From the NCBI RefSeq assembly GCF_000020225.1, contig NC_010655.1, positions 2,100,001 through 2,132,000 on the forward strand: a stretch of 32,000 bases of DNA. The letters are read 5' to 3'. Below, in pieces: positions 8,592-17,492 of this stretch; the stretch's first letter is position 1; each line of letters opens with the position of its first letter. Under the pieces are notes generated by a model. The model had not been told where the DNA came from. It searched no databases and saw nothing but the letters and a program-made list of their open reading frames with translations. Source of the DNA: Akkermansia muciniphila ATCC BAA-835. Its GTDB lineage: Bacteria; Verrucomicrobiota; Verrucomicrobiia; Verrucomicrobiales; Akkermansiaceae. Both the position numbers and the translations under genes were made by a program.

Positions 8592-10229
8592 TCAGGATTT
8601 GGGAATCGTCAGCAGAAAGCTGGCTCCCCCCAGGGTGCCGAATTCCAGTTTCAGGTCTCCCCCCAGGGAACGTGCCGTATCCCTTGCCAGCGCCAGCCCC
8701 AGGCCTACGCCGGGTTTCCGGCTGTTGGTAGCGTCTTTTGTGCGCCGGAAGGGCTTGAAGACAAGCTTGCGGTTTTTCGGGGAAATTCCTGGGCCGTTGT
8801 CGCGGAAGCGGATGACGATGTTGTGGCGGTCCGCCTGGACGGTGAGCTGGACTTTGGCGTTTTCCCCCTTGGCGTATTTAATGGCGTTGGAAGTCAGGTT
8901 GTCCATAATCTGCTCTACGGAAACGGCATCCGTATGAATAGGAAGGATGCGGATGGGCTGGGCCAGGGCAAAGGAGAAGCTGATGTCCGCCTCCCGGAGG
9001 CGGCGTTCTATTTTTTCCGCAATGGGTTCAAAAAGCTCCTGACAGGTGAGCGTGTCCCGCGCGCGGCGAATAGCGTTCCGCTGAAGCCGGGAGTAGGAGA
9101 GTACGTTTTCAATCAGGTGTTCCAGACGGCGGCATTCCCGCTGCATGTTGGCATAGTATTCCGGCTTTTTCTGTTCCGGCACCATGCCGTCTTCCAGCAT
9201 TTCCGTGTACAGGGAGAAGGACGTGAGGGGCGTCCGGAGTTCATGGGTGACGGCGGAGACGAAGTCCCCGCGGCGCTGTTCCAGGCGGAAGGTTCCCAGC
9301 ATGAGCCAGATGACCCCAGCCGCACCCAGGAGCACCATGCTCCAGATGAGGGTGAGCGTCCAGGTCAGCATTTTTTTGTGGTCCTGGAGAGGAACGGCTC
9401 CGGTGTCTCCCGGAAGGAAAATCAGAGGGGCGTTGGCAAAGGGGAGTGCGCCCGCCTGCCGGGGTTCCTCCGGGGGCGGGGAGGACGGGTTAAAGGTTGC
9501 CAGGCGGCTGTGGGGAAGCAGCATCTTTACCTGGCCGGGCAGGCGTCTGTTCAGATTGTCCATGTTCATCAGGGCCCCCTGCAAATAAATGCCGCGGCTG
9601 GTGTGCACCTGGCGCAGGATGTAAAGGTTCCCTCCGTCTTCCACGGGAACGAAGGAAGTGACAGTTTCCACTTGTGCCGGAGAGCCGGATACCGTTGGCT
9701 CCGGTTCCGGAGATTCATGCAGAATTTCATTCCGGATATCCGTCCAGAGGTTTCCGCTGGACGGAACGGAGGTAAGGGAGGAGACCTTGCCGTTCAGCCG
9801 CTGGTAAAGGTCCTTCTGTTCATTCAGCCGCCCGGCAAGCTCCGGGGGAAGAGCGGGGCCGGTTACGCGCCCGGCAGGGGAAATCTGAATGAAGGCTGTA
9901 ACGTAGTCCGGCAGGTAGGCGGCGAGATTGGAACCACGGGTTGCTTCTCCGGGGGCCGGGGCGCCCATCCTCAGGTCATAGGGGCGTTTGTAGGCGTAAA
10001 CGGGCTGGTATTCAAAATAGCCGCGGGCCTGTTCGAATGTGATGAAGGAGGTCAGAAGGCGGTCCATTTCCAGCTTGGCTTCATGGGCCAGGGCTTCCAC
10101 CCTGATACGCTGTTCGGAATGGCCTGTTTCTTCCGCCTGCACCAGCAGAACATGGGTGAGCCATCCGAGCGTGCCGATGACCAGCAGCAGGCTGATTGCC
10201 AGCAGAATGATGCGTATGCGCCGGTTCAC
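8592..10229 (-). CDS. Sensor histidine kinase (two TM segments, ~260-aa periplasmic domain, HisKA + HATPase_c)
   Basis: H-box FVSAVTHELRTPLTS, G1 RDNGPGI and G2 GVGLGLALARD are present. TM1 is IILLAISLLLVIGTLGWL and TM2 is LTLIWSMVLLGAAGVIWLMLG. The start is GTG at 10229, 3 nt after the response-regulator stop. Confidence 0.9.
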   Translation of the reverse strand: MNRRIRIILLAISLLLVIGTLGWLTHVLLVQAEETGHSEQRIRVEALAHEAKLEMDRLLTSFITFEQARGYFEYQPVYAYKRPYDLRMGAPAPGEATRGSNLAAYLPDYVTAFIQISPAGRVTGPALPPELAGRLNEQKDLYQRLNGKVSSLTSVPSSGNLWTDIRNEILHESPEPEPTVSGSPAQVETVTSFVPVEDGGNLYILRQVHTSRGIYLQGALMNMDNLNRRLPGQVKMLLPHSRLATFNPSSPPPEEPRQAGALPFANAPLIFLPGDTGAVPLQDHKKMLTWTLTLIWSMVLLGAAGVIWLMLGTFRLEQRRGDFVSAVTHELRTPLTSFSLYTEMLEDGMVPEQKKPEYYANMQRECRRLEHLIENVLSYSRLQRNAIRRARDTLTCQELFEPIAEKIERRLREADISFSFALAQPIRILPIHTDAVSVEQIMDNLTSNAIKYAKGENAKVQLTVQADRHNIVIRFRDNGPGISPKNRKLVFKPFRRTKDATNSRKPGVGLGLALARDTARSLGGDLKLEFGTLGGASFLLTIPKS

Positions 10230-10232
10230 GGA

Positions 10233-10937
10233 TCAGGAAACGAAGGATGAATTCCAGCGGTAGCCCTGGCTTCTAAGCGTCTCCAGGGGGGAGGCGGAGG
10301 CGGCCCCGAGCTTGTCCCGGAGACGCATGACGGTCATTTCCACGGAGCGCGTATCCGTCAGGCGCGGGTCCACGTCCCATACGCGCCGGAGCAGTTCGTC
10401 CCTCGTGATAACGCGGTTGGGGTGGGTGGCCATATAGGTGAGGAATTCGAATTCCCGCGCGGTCAGGGAGGTTTCCCTCCCGTCTTTAAAGGTGATCAGG
10501 CGGTTGGCGCTGTCCAGGGTGGCGCCGGGGATCCTGATTTCCCGGAGCTGGCGCGGCCGTTCCGGAGACCTGCGCAGAACGGCCTCGATGCGGGCGAGCA
10601 GTTCCCGGATGCTGAACGGTTTGACAATATAGTCGTCCGCCCCCAGCTTGAGCCCCTGCACGCGGTCTTCCTCCTCTCCACGGGCCGTGAGCATGATGAC
10701 AGGCGTTCCGGGGCGTTCCTCAGACATGACCTGCAGCACCTGGAATCCGTCCGCGCCCGGCATGGCCACGTCCAGCAGGGCGAGGTCGAAATTGCGTTCC
10801 CGCACGGCATGGATGGCGGCCAGGCCTTCTTCCAGAGCCAGCACTTCGTAGCCGGATGCGGTCAGAACGTCCGTCAGGGCATGCCTGATGCTGTCGTCGT
10901 CCTCCGCAATCAGAATGGTATAGGCTGAATCACTCAT
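10233..10937 (-). CDS. OmpR/PhoB-family response regulator (receiver + winged helix)
   Basis: Receiver residues are ILIAEDDD...ALLDVAMPGADGF...IMLTARG...ADDYIVKPF. The C-terminal winged-helix region reads LTAREFEFLTYMATHPNRVITRDELLRRVW...VMRLRDKL. Confidence 0.93.
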   Translation of the reverse strand: MSDSAYTILIAEDDDSIRHALTDVLTASGYEVLALEEGLAAIHAVRERNFDLALLDVAMPGADGFQVLQVMSEERPGTPVIMLTARGEEEDRVQGLKLGADDYIVKPFSIRELLARIEAVLRRSPERPRQLREIRIPGATLDSANRLITFKDGRETSLTAREFEFLTYMATHPNRVITRDELLRRVWDVDPRLTDTRSVEMTVMRLRDKLGAASASPLETLRSQGYRWNSSFVS

Positions 10938-11027
10938 CGTTTGATTCTATAAAACCACAATATTTCCCCTGTTGTATAGAGAAACCTGCGCCCTTTCAGT
11001 AACAATGCCATAACAGGCCGTCTTCCC

Positions 11028-11040
11028 GGGGGGGGGGGGG
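11028..11040. repeat. Homopolymeric G13 tract (C13 on the coding strand of the flanking minus-strand genes)
   Basis: Read directly: ...tcttccc + 13 G + c. The tract sits 1 nt downstream of the TAA stop (11042-11044) of the upstream minus-strand ORF and 91-103 nt upstream of the response-regulator ATG (10937). Confidence 0.95.
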
Positions 11041-11041
11041 C

Positions 11042-11413
11042 TTAGTGATGCCGGAGTTCCCGTAAGGGGGGAGGAAGGCTGCCGGAGGGAATTTCAATGG
11101 CCTCCATGGGACCGGGGACAATTCCTTCAAAGAACGGCGTGCCTTTGTAGGAAAGGATGATTTTGGAATGCACCATGCCGCCCGTAGTCTGGCGCAGGAA
11201 ATCCGCATCCCGGAAGACCAGGAGCGTCTTTCCGTTTTCCCCGGGTACAGGACGGCACTGGAAGTCGCCAAGCGGTGTTCCGTCAGCCGCCGTCATCTGG
11301 ACGGGCAGTATATAGGCTTCCGAAAAAGAAGGAGCGTAAACACCCCAGAAGGAAGTGAGCGCCATAACGACGACGATCACGATGCCGACAATGATTTTCG
11401 TGGAGGTGGACAT
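11042..11413 (-). CDS. Small single-pass membrane protein, function unknown
   Basis: Starting at the ATG at 11413 gives MSTSTKIIVGIVIVVVMALTSFWGV..., one N-terminal TM helix plus a ~95-aa soluble part. The longer tracked ORF (to 11488) would overlap the hemB stop. I recognise no family. Confidence 0.55.
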   Translation of the reverse strand: MSTSTKIIVGIVIVVVMALTSFWGVYAPSFSEAYILPVQMTAADGTPLGDFQCRPVPGENGKTLLVFRDADFLRQTTGGMVHSKIILSYKGTPFFEGIVPGPMEAIEIPSGSLPPPLRELRHH

Positions 11414-11469
11414 GCGGAGGGCGGTGTTCTGACCCGTACGTCCACCTCCGGTACGGTGGCCGTGCGGCG

Positions 11470-12465
11470 TCAGCGTTGTTGAAGCCATTCGGCGGCCTGG
11501 GGGGCGTAATACGTAAGGATCATATCGGCCCCGGCGCGCCGGATGGATATTAGAGTCTCCAGAACTGTTTCCCGTTCATCCAGCCAGCCGGAAGCTGCGG
11601 CGGACTTGATCATCAGGTACTCCCCGCTGACATGGTAGGCGGCTATGGGAAGGGTCACCTGCTTCCGCATGGCGGCCATAACGTCCAGATACAATGTGGC
11701 GGGTTTCACCATCAGGATGTCCGCTCCCTCAGCTTCATCCAGCTGCGCTTCCCTAAGGGCTTCCCGGATGTTGCCGGGATCCATCTGGTAGGTTTTTTTA
11801 TCCCCTTCCTTGGGTGCGCTCTCCAGAGCTCCGCGGAACGGCCCGTACAGAGCGCTGGCGTACTTGGCGGTATAGGCCATGATGGAGACATCGTCCAGGG
11901 CTTCGGAATCCAGGGTGGCGCGGATGGCGGCCACGCGGCCGTCCATCATGTCGCTGGGGGAGACGATATCCGCCCCGGCATCCGCGTGGCACAATGCCTG
12001 GCGGCAGAGAACCTCCACGGAATCGTCGTTAAGGATTTCCATCGTTCCGTCGGAGCGGAATTCCACCAGGCCGTCATGGCCGTCGGAATTGTAGGGATCC
12101 AGGGCTACGTCCGTCATGACGGTGATGCCCGGCACTTCGCTTTTGAGCGCGTAAATGGTGCGCGGGATGAGGCCGTCAGGGTTGCAGGCTTCGCAGGCGT
12201 CCGGCGTTTTTTTCTCATCCGGAATGGCTGGAAAAAGATCCAGCGTCCGGATGCCCAGATCCATCAGGCGTTTGGCTTCTTCCACCAGTCCCTTGACGCT
12301 CCAGCGCGTGCAGCCCGGCAGGGAGGGGATGGGCTGGTTCCCGGTCCCTTCATGGACGAAGACGGGATAGATGAGGTGTTCCGGGGAAAGGGAGGTTTCC
12401 CGGATAAGGCCCCGGATGTTGGCGGATTTTCTGTTGCGGCGAGGCCGTATCGGTAGATTCATCAT
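11470..12465 (-). CDS. hemB: Porphobilinogen synthase (delta-aminolevulinate dehydratase)
   Basis: The Schiff-base lysine context GADILMVKPATLYLDV, the motif AYHVSGEY, and the Asp-rich metal site DVALDPYNSDGHDG (the non-zinc type) are present. Family similarity runs over the full 331 aa. Confidence 0.95.
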   Translation of the reverse strand: MMNLPIRPRRNRKSANIRGLIRETSLSPEHLIYPVFVHEGTGNQPIPSLPGCTRWSVKGLVEEAKRLMDLGIRTLDLFPAIPDEKKTPDACEACNPDGLIPRTIYALKSEVPGITVMTDVALDPYNSDGHDGLVEFRSDGTMEILNDDSVEVLCRQALCHADAGADIVSPSDMMDGRVAAIRATLDSEALDDVSIMAYTAKYASALYGPFRGALESAPKEGDKKTYQMDPGNIREALREAQLDEAEGADILMVKPATLYLDVMAAMRKQVTLPIAAYHVSGEYLMIKSAAASGWLDERETVLETLISIRRAGADMILTYYAPQAAEWLQQR

Positions 12466-12519
12466 GGTGTGGTAATGAAAAGGTTTTTAGGAAGGCATGG
12501 CGTTCCGGGACGGATATGA

Positions 12520-14142
12520 TCAGGGAGCCTTGGGGGCCTCCAGTTCCAGCGGCTGTTCCGCATCGGCCCCGGCGAGCATCCAGCCGCCGTCCGTTTGGAT
12601 GAAGTGCAGGTTGTTGACGGAGAATTCATTTCCAACTGCTGTACGCACGCCGATGGTGGCCTTGATTCCGGCGCAGCCGTCTCTGGCGGCGGGAATATAC
12701 GCCGCTTTGACTTCGGGAACGTCTTTTTCCCTTACCCCGGTGTGCGGGGTGGGAATCCTTCCCATGACTGTTTTCAATTGGGAGAGCGCGTCTTCAAATT
12801 CCTTCACGGAGGCGAAGTTGGACGGGGCCAGCATGCGCATCATGGCCAGGCTGTCCCGGTTCGCCAGGGCGCGGCCGGCGGCGGTTACGGCCTCTTCCGG
12901 TGTGGGAAAGGACAGCGGAGGATACGTCCGATGGAAATCCGCCATGATGCGGGCGGTGGTGGATTCGTCCGGTTTCAGATTCCAGGAAGCGAAAGCGTCC
13001 GTCAGGTTCATCTTGAAGACGGGAAGGCCGTCTGTGGGATCCTTGGTTTTTTCCAGCGCATAGCGGTAAATGAGAGCGGGTTTGTCTATGTCCGGCATGC
13101 TCATGCGCGGCGGCAGGATGGTCATGGCTCCGATGCTGTGGATGTCCTTGCCGTTCTTCTTCGCGTTGTTTTTATTGGCTTCCTCCTGCTGGTCTTCTTC
13201 ACGGCTGTTCGGGGCCATCTGGTCGTCCGGATGGGGGCTCAGGGGAACCAGGATGGTATTCGGAAAGGTCATGAAGCTGAGGTGGGTAGGCTGGATATAG
13301 CGGTTTTCCTCCCTTCTGTCCTGGAGGCGCATGGCCTTGACCACGGGAATGAGGCGTGCGCTCTGGGTAATGGCGGATTCCGTATAATACGGGGAAACGA
13401 GCAGGGCGGCGATGAGGGCCGGGTCATCCCCCTTCACGGCCCGGATGAGCAGGTTCTTGAGTTCGTCGTCCGTTGTTCCCCTGACGTTTTCCTGACGGAA
13501 ACGCTTGATATGTTCCAGGGCGGCTTTAACGGCGGCTACGGAGTACTGGTGGGCGAGGCCGAAAATTTTCTTCTTGGCCTCCGAGGATATTTTTTTCGCT
13601 TTCTCACGGATGCCGTCGTCAAAGGGAAGAAATGTGTTGTCAAAGCTTCCGGGAGTCAGGGAGGCCTTCCATTGGCCTTCTTTCTTCACCAGGGCCACGG
13701 CGGTGGCCGCATAAACGTACGGGTTGGCCTTGTCCGGCAGCAGGATGTAGGCCATCGCCAGGTCGCCTTCAGCAATGATGGAGTCTTCATCCACAAAGGG
13801 CGGACGTTCCGGGGCCGCTCCGGTGACATACCCCTGGACCGCCTCCATGCGGGAAAGGATGCTTTTCAGCCTGAGTTGGCTTACAAAGGGGGAAGTGGCG
13901 GGCAATGACTTGTACGGCTCGTGTTTCCAGTCCGTTTTTTCCTGAAGGGCGCGGAGCAGCAGTTTGGCCGCGTTCAACGGCGTGCTCTGGTTCGGAACGG
14001 GGCCCGTGGACGGAGCCTTGTTTCCCGCAGCCTGATCCATATTGATCCGGAAACGGACAGGAGCGCCTTCCGGCGGCTGGCCGCCCCGGGAAAACCCGCA
14101 GCAGAGGCAGAGGCAGAAAAGGGAGAGGGGGAGGATGTTCAT
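12520..14142 (-). CDS. Secreted or lipoprotein-like hypothetical protein (540 aa), no recognisable domain
   Basis: The N-terminus MNILPLSLFCLCLCCGFSRGG is hydrophobic with Cys residues, a lipobox-like signal. The long ORF has protein-like composition and is co-directional with hemB, 54 nt upstream of it. Confidence 0.72.
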   Translation of the reverse strand: MNILPLSLFCLCLCCGFSRGGQPPEGAPVRFRINMDQAAGNKAPSTGPVPNQSTPLNAAKLLLRALQEKTDWKHEPYKSLPATSPFVSQLRLKSILSRMEAVQGYVTGAAPERPPFVDEDSIIAEGDLAMAYILLPDKANPYVYAATAVALVKKEGQWKASLTPGSFDNTFLPFDDGIREKAKKISSEAKKKIFGLAHQYSVAAVKAALEHIKRFRQENVRGTTDDELKNLLIRAVKGDDPALIAALLVSPYYTESAITQSARLIPVVKAMRLQDRREENRYIQPTHLSFMTFPNTILVPLSPHPDDQMAPNSREEDQQEEANKNNAKKNGKDIHSIGAMTILPPRMSMPDIDKPALIYRYALEKTKDPTDGLPVFKMNLTDAFASWNLKPDESTTARIMADFHRTYPPLSFPTPEEAVTAAGRALANRDSLAMMRMLAPSNFASVKEFEDALSQLKTVMGRIPTPHTGVREKDVPEVKAAYIPAARDGCAGIKATIGVRTAVGNEFSVNNLHFIQTDGGWMLAGADAEQPLELEAPKAP

Positions 14143-14402
14143 GACCGCTGGCCGCCACTATGGCATAAACGGCTGCGGGTGTAAATCATTCGTTGGGAAT
14201 GTTGACGCGGCCGTTGCCGCAGGGCGGACAACCCTGGACTCCGGGGAAAAGCGAACAAAAAGGGGGGAAAGGATGCGTTCCGGAAGAAGAATCCGAAAGC
14301 CGGAGGAAAGGGCTTTCCCGCGGCGTTCATGCCTTGAATTTTCGGGAAGAAGGTCTTTTTGCATTTGCCAACAGCGTTTAAGAGAGGTTTACTGATGCGC
14401 GT

Positions 14403-16295
14403 ATGTCCGAACACAAGGAAAGAAAGACTCTTGAAGAACGCCAACAGATGTCTGATCTGGAACGGCTGCGCCACTCCTGCGCGCACGTTCTGGCTACGGC
14501 CATTTGCCGCCTCTGGCCGGATGCCCAGCTGGCCGGCGGGCCTGCCGTGGATAACGGTTTTTATTACGACGTGGAGCTGGACCACCGCATCAGCACAGAG
14601 GATTTTGAACGCATTGAGGAGGAGATGAAAAAAGTGGTGAAGGAAAACCAGGTTTTCCAGAAGGAAGTCATTTCCCGCGCGGATGCCATGAAGATGGCGG
14701 AATCCGGGGAGCTGGGCGCCCTGGGCCCCCGCAGCGAGCCTTCCCGCTTCAAGATTGACCTGCTGAACGACATCCCGGAAGACGAGGAGATTTCCCTCTA
14801 CCGCAACGGGGATTTTACGGACTTGTGCGCCGGTCCCCACGTGGGCCGCACGGGCAACTGCAAGGCATTCAAAATCATGAGCGTGGCGAGCGCCTTCTAC
14901 AAGGGGGACAAAAACCGCCCCATGCTCCAGCGCATTTACGGCACCTGCTTCCCGAACCGCACCCAGCTTGACGAACACCTGGAACGGCTGGAAGAGGCGC
15001 GGCGCCGCGACCACCGCAAACTGGGCCGCGAACTGGGCCTGTTCTGCATTGACGAATCCGTGGGGCAGGGGCTCATCCTCTGGAAGCCCAAGGGGGCTCT
15101 CATCCGCCGTTCCCTGCAGGACTTCATCACGGAAGAGCTGGACAAGCTGGGCTACTCCCAGGTGTACACGCCCAACATCGGCAAGCTGGACCTGTACCGC
15201 ACGTCCGGACACTTCCCGTATTATCAGGAAAGCCAGTACGCGCCCATCCCAGAACGGGACGCCATGGAAAAACTCAGCCAGGAGGGGGCTTCCTGCGCGG
15301 AACTGTTCAACGGCCTGGCCACCGGCACCATTGAGGGCTATATGCTCAAGCCGATGAACTGCCCCCACCACATCAAGATTTACGCGAATGACGCCCACTC
15401 CTACCGGGACCTTCCCGTGCGGCTGGCGGAATTCGGCACGGTGTACCGTTGGGAACAGAGCGGAGAGCTGGGCGGCATGACGCGCGTGCGCGGTTTCACG
15501 CAGGATGACGCCCATATCTTCTGCACGCCGGACCAGCTTGCCGGGGAAATCCGCCAGTGCCTGGGCATCGTGAAAACCATTTTCGGTACGCTGGGCATGA
15601 CGGACTACCGCGTGCGCCTTTCCATGCGCGACCCGGAAAGCGACAAATACGTGGGTTCTCCGGAAAATTGGGACAAAGCGGAACAGGCTCTGCGGGAAGC
15701 TGCGGAATGGCTGGGGGCGGACTACAGCGAGGAAGCTGGGGAAGCCGCCTTCTACGGCCCCAAGATCGACTTCATCGTGCGCGACGCCATCGGCCGCGAA
15801 TGGCAGCTGGGAACCGTGCAGGTGGACTACAACCTGCCGGAACGCTTTGACCTCCATTACACCGGAGCGGACAACAAGCCGCACCGGCCCGTGATGGTGC
15901 ACCGCGCCCCCTTCGGCTCCATGGAACGCTTCACGGGGCTTCTGATTGAACACTTTGAAGGCAAATTCCCCACCTGGCTTTCCCCGGAACAGGTGCGCGT
16001 GCTTCCCATCTCCGACAAGGTGACGGACGTGGCCGCCGCGCATCGAACCGCCCTGGCCGCCAGAGGCGTGCGCGTCACGGTGGACGAAACGCCGGACAAA
16101 ATAGGCGCCAAAATCCGCAATGCCCGTCTGGACCGCGTTCCCTACATGCTGGTGCTCGGCCAGCGGGAGGCGGAAGACGGCACCGTCTCCGTCCGCCACC
16201 GGGACAAGGGGGATCTGGGCGCGATGCCCTTTGAGCAATTCGCGGACCTCGTAGCCCGGGAAATCGCGGAGCGTCATATTTCTCCCGTGATTTGA
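14403..16295 (+). CDS. thrS: Threonine--tRNA ligase
   Basis: The editing-domain motif RHSCAHVLATAI and the class-II core YRWEQSGELGGMTRVRGFTQDDAHIF are present, along with a C-terminal anticodon-binding domain. The HxxxH motif lies at residue ~23, so there is no N-terminal TGS domain. Confidence 0.97.
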   Translation: MSEHKERKTLEERQQMSDLERLRHSCAHVLATAICRLWPDAQLAGGPAVDNGFYYDVELDHRISTEDFERIEEEMKKVVKENQVFQKEVISRADAMKMAESGELGALGPRSEPSRFKIDLLNDIPEDEEISLYRNGDFTDLCAGPHVGRTGNCKAFKIMSVASAFYKGDKNRPMLQRIYGTCFPNRTQLDEHLERLEEARRRDHRKLGRELGLFCIDESVGQGLILWKPKGALIRRSLQDFITEELDKLGYSQVYTPNIGKLDLYRTSGHFPYYQESQYAPIPERDAMEKLSQEGASCAELFNGLATGTIEGYMLKPMNCPHHIKIYANDAHSYRDLPVRLAEFGTVYRWEQSGELGGMTRVRGFTQDDAHIFCTPDQLAGEIRQCLGIVKTIFGTLGMTDYRVRLSMRDPESDKYVGSPENWDKAEQALREAAEWLGADYSEEAGEAAFYGPKIDFIVRDAIGREWQLGTVQVDYNLPERFDLHYTGADNKPHRPVMVHRAPFGSMERFTGLLIEHFEGKFPTWLSPEQVRVLPISDKVTDVAAAHRTALAARGVRVTVDETPDKIGAKIRNARLDRVPYMLVLGQREAEDGTVSVRHRDKGDLGAMPFEQFADLVAREIAERHISPVI

Positions 16296-16334
16296 GTTGC
16301 CAAGTTATTCCTTTTAGTTTAGTAGTATCCGGAC

Positions 16335-16973
16335 GTGCCAACCAAGCCAACGAAGAATAATGACGGAAATCGCCGCCGTGACCGCGGCGATCAGACTCGG
16401 ATCAATGAACGGATTCGCGCGCCCCGCGTGCGGGTAGTGACTGCCAACGGCGACCAGCTGGGCGTCATGAACACGCGCGACGCGCTGGAAAAAGCCAAGG
16501 CTCTGGGTCTGGACCTGGTGGAAGTGGCCGGCAATGCCGATCCGCCCGTATGCCGCGTGGTTGATTACGGCAAGTACAAATACCAGCAGGCCAAGCTCCA
16601 GAAAAACAACAAGAGCCGAACCGTCAAGCTTAAGGAAATCAAGCTCCGCATCGGTACGGATACCAATGACTATAATGTGAAAATGGCCCGTACGGAAAGC
16701 TTCTTGGACCATGGCCACAAGGTCCGCTTCCAGCTCCGTTTCCGCGGTCGTGAGAACGCCCACCAGGAGCTTGGCTACGACGTCTTCAACAAAGTCATCG
16801 CGGATATGAAGACCATGGCGCAGGTGGATCAGGCCCCGCGTTTGGCCGGCAACACCATGCACATGGTGCTCTCCCCGCTCCCCGCCCAGCAGCGCGTGAA
16901 GAAATTCACCGCCCACCTGGATAAGGATTTTGATTCCGAAGATTCCGCCTTTGACGCGGAGGATGACGAGTAA
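16335..16973 (+). CDS. infC: Translation initiation factor IF-3, GTG start, acidic C-terminal tail
   Basis: RINERIRAPRVRVVTANGDQLGV, DLVEVAGNADPPVCRVVDYGKYKY and LKEIKLRIGTDTNDYNVK are IF-3 signatures. In-frame TAG TAG stops at 16320-16325 leave GTG 16335 as the first possible start. Confidence 0.93.
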   Translation: MPTKPTKNNDGNRRRDRGDQTRINERIRAPRVRVVTANGDQLGVMNTRDALEKAKALGLDLVEVAGNADPPVCRVVDYGKYKYQQAKLQKNNKSRTVKLKEIKLRIGTDTNDYNVKMARTESFLDHGHKVRFQLRFRGRENAHQELGYDVFNKVIADMKTMAQVDQAPRLAGNTMHMVLSPLPAQQRVKKFTAHLDKDFDSEDSAFDAEDDE

Positions 16974-16994
16974 GACGGCATTTTTTTCTTTTTC

Positions 16995-17031
16995 AGGCTT
17001 TCCACCCTTATAAGGGTGGAAAGCCTTTTTT
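16995..17031 (+). terminator. Rho-independent terminator after infC
   Basis: AGGCTTTCCACCC (16995-17007) pairs with GGGTGGAAAGCCT (17014-17026) around the loop TTATAA. A T-run follows through 17031. Confidence 0.85.
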
Positions 17032-17049
17032 ACGGGCAGATGATTTTCC

Positions 17050-17488
17050 ATGGCTCTTTTCTATAATGATACTAGGGAATTTTCCCCGGAGGCGCTGGAG
17101 GAATTGTTTCTTTCAGTTCAATGGGAATCCGGAAACCATCCGGAACGCTTGGCGAAGGCATTGCGCCATTACGGGGCAGTGTTCTCCGCTTGGGATGGGA
17201 GCAGACTGGCGGGGCTGGTAGCCGCCATGGATGACGGAACCATGACGGCTTATGTCCATTATCTGCTGGTGCATCCCTAGGTACCAGGGATGCGGTGTCG
17301 GTTCGTGGTTGCTGGGTATGTGCAAAAGACGCTATGCCGGGTATTTGCGCATAGTTCTCACTTCCTGCAGGGAAAAGGTTCCTTTTTACGAAAGGAATGG
17401 TTTCTTTCCGGACCGGACGCAGGAGGCTGTGCGTTTGATTCCTCCTACGTTCGGAGAAACCGGGATTGAACAGGAAGAAGGAGAGTAA
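17050..17488 (+). pseudogene. GNAT-family N-acetyltransferase interrupted by a 1-nt frameshift
   Basis: ORF 17050-17280 ends ...AYVHYLLVHP*. ORF 17252-17488 continues in the +1 frame with ..PRYQGCGVGSWLL (GNAT motif A). Deleting one C from CCC at 17275-17277 restores LLVHPRYQGCGVGS and a ~145-aa protein. Confidence 0.7.
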
Positions 17489-17492
17489 TATC

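Noticed and set aside
7476-10250. A 924-aa plus-strand ORF spanning the UXS and histidine-kinase region
   Set aside because: It lies antisense to two ORFs with unmistakable family motifs. Its translation is Gly/Arg/Pro/His-rich with no motif, which is typical of a shadow ORF in GC-rich DNA.
14143-14402. Looked for a T-box, riboswitch or operator-like leader upstream of thrS, and for tRNA, rRNA or CRISPR features anywhere in the window
   Set aside because: I could not recognise a conserved leader structure, a tRNA-like T-arm (GGTTCGAATCC-type) box, an rRNA segment or a regularly spaced direct-repeat array. This was by-eye scanning only, so absence is not proven.
14139-16277. A 712-aa minus-strand ORF opposite thrS
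   Set aside because: It is an antisense shadow of a full-length, motif-complete threonyl-tRNA synthetase gene. Its translation is low-complexity (runs of G, A, R, H, V).
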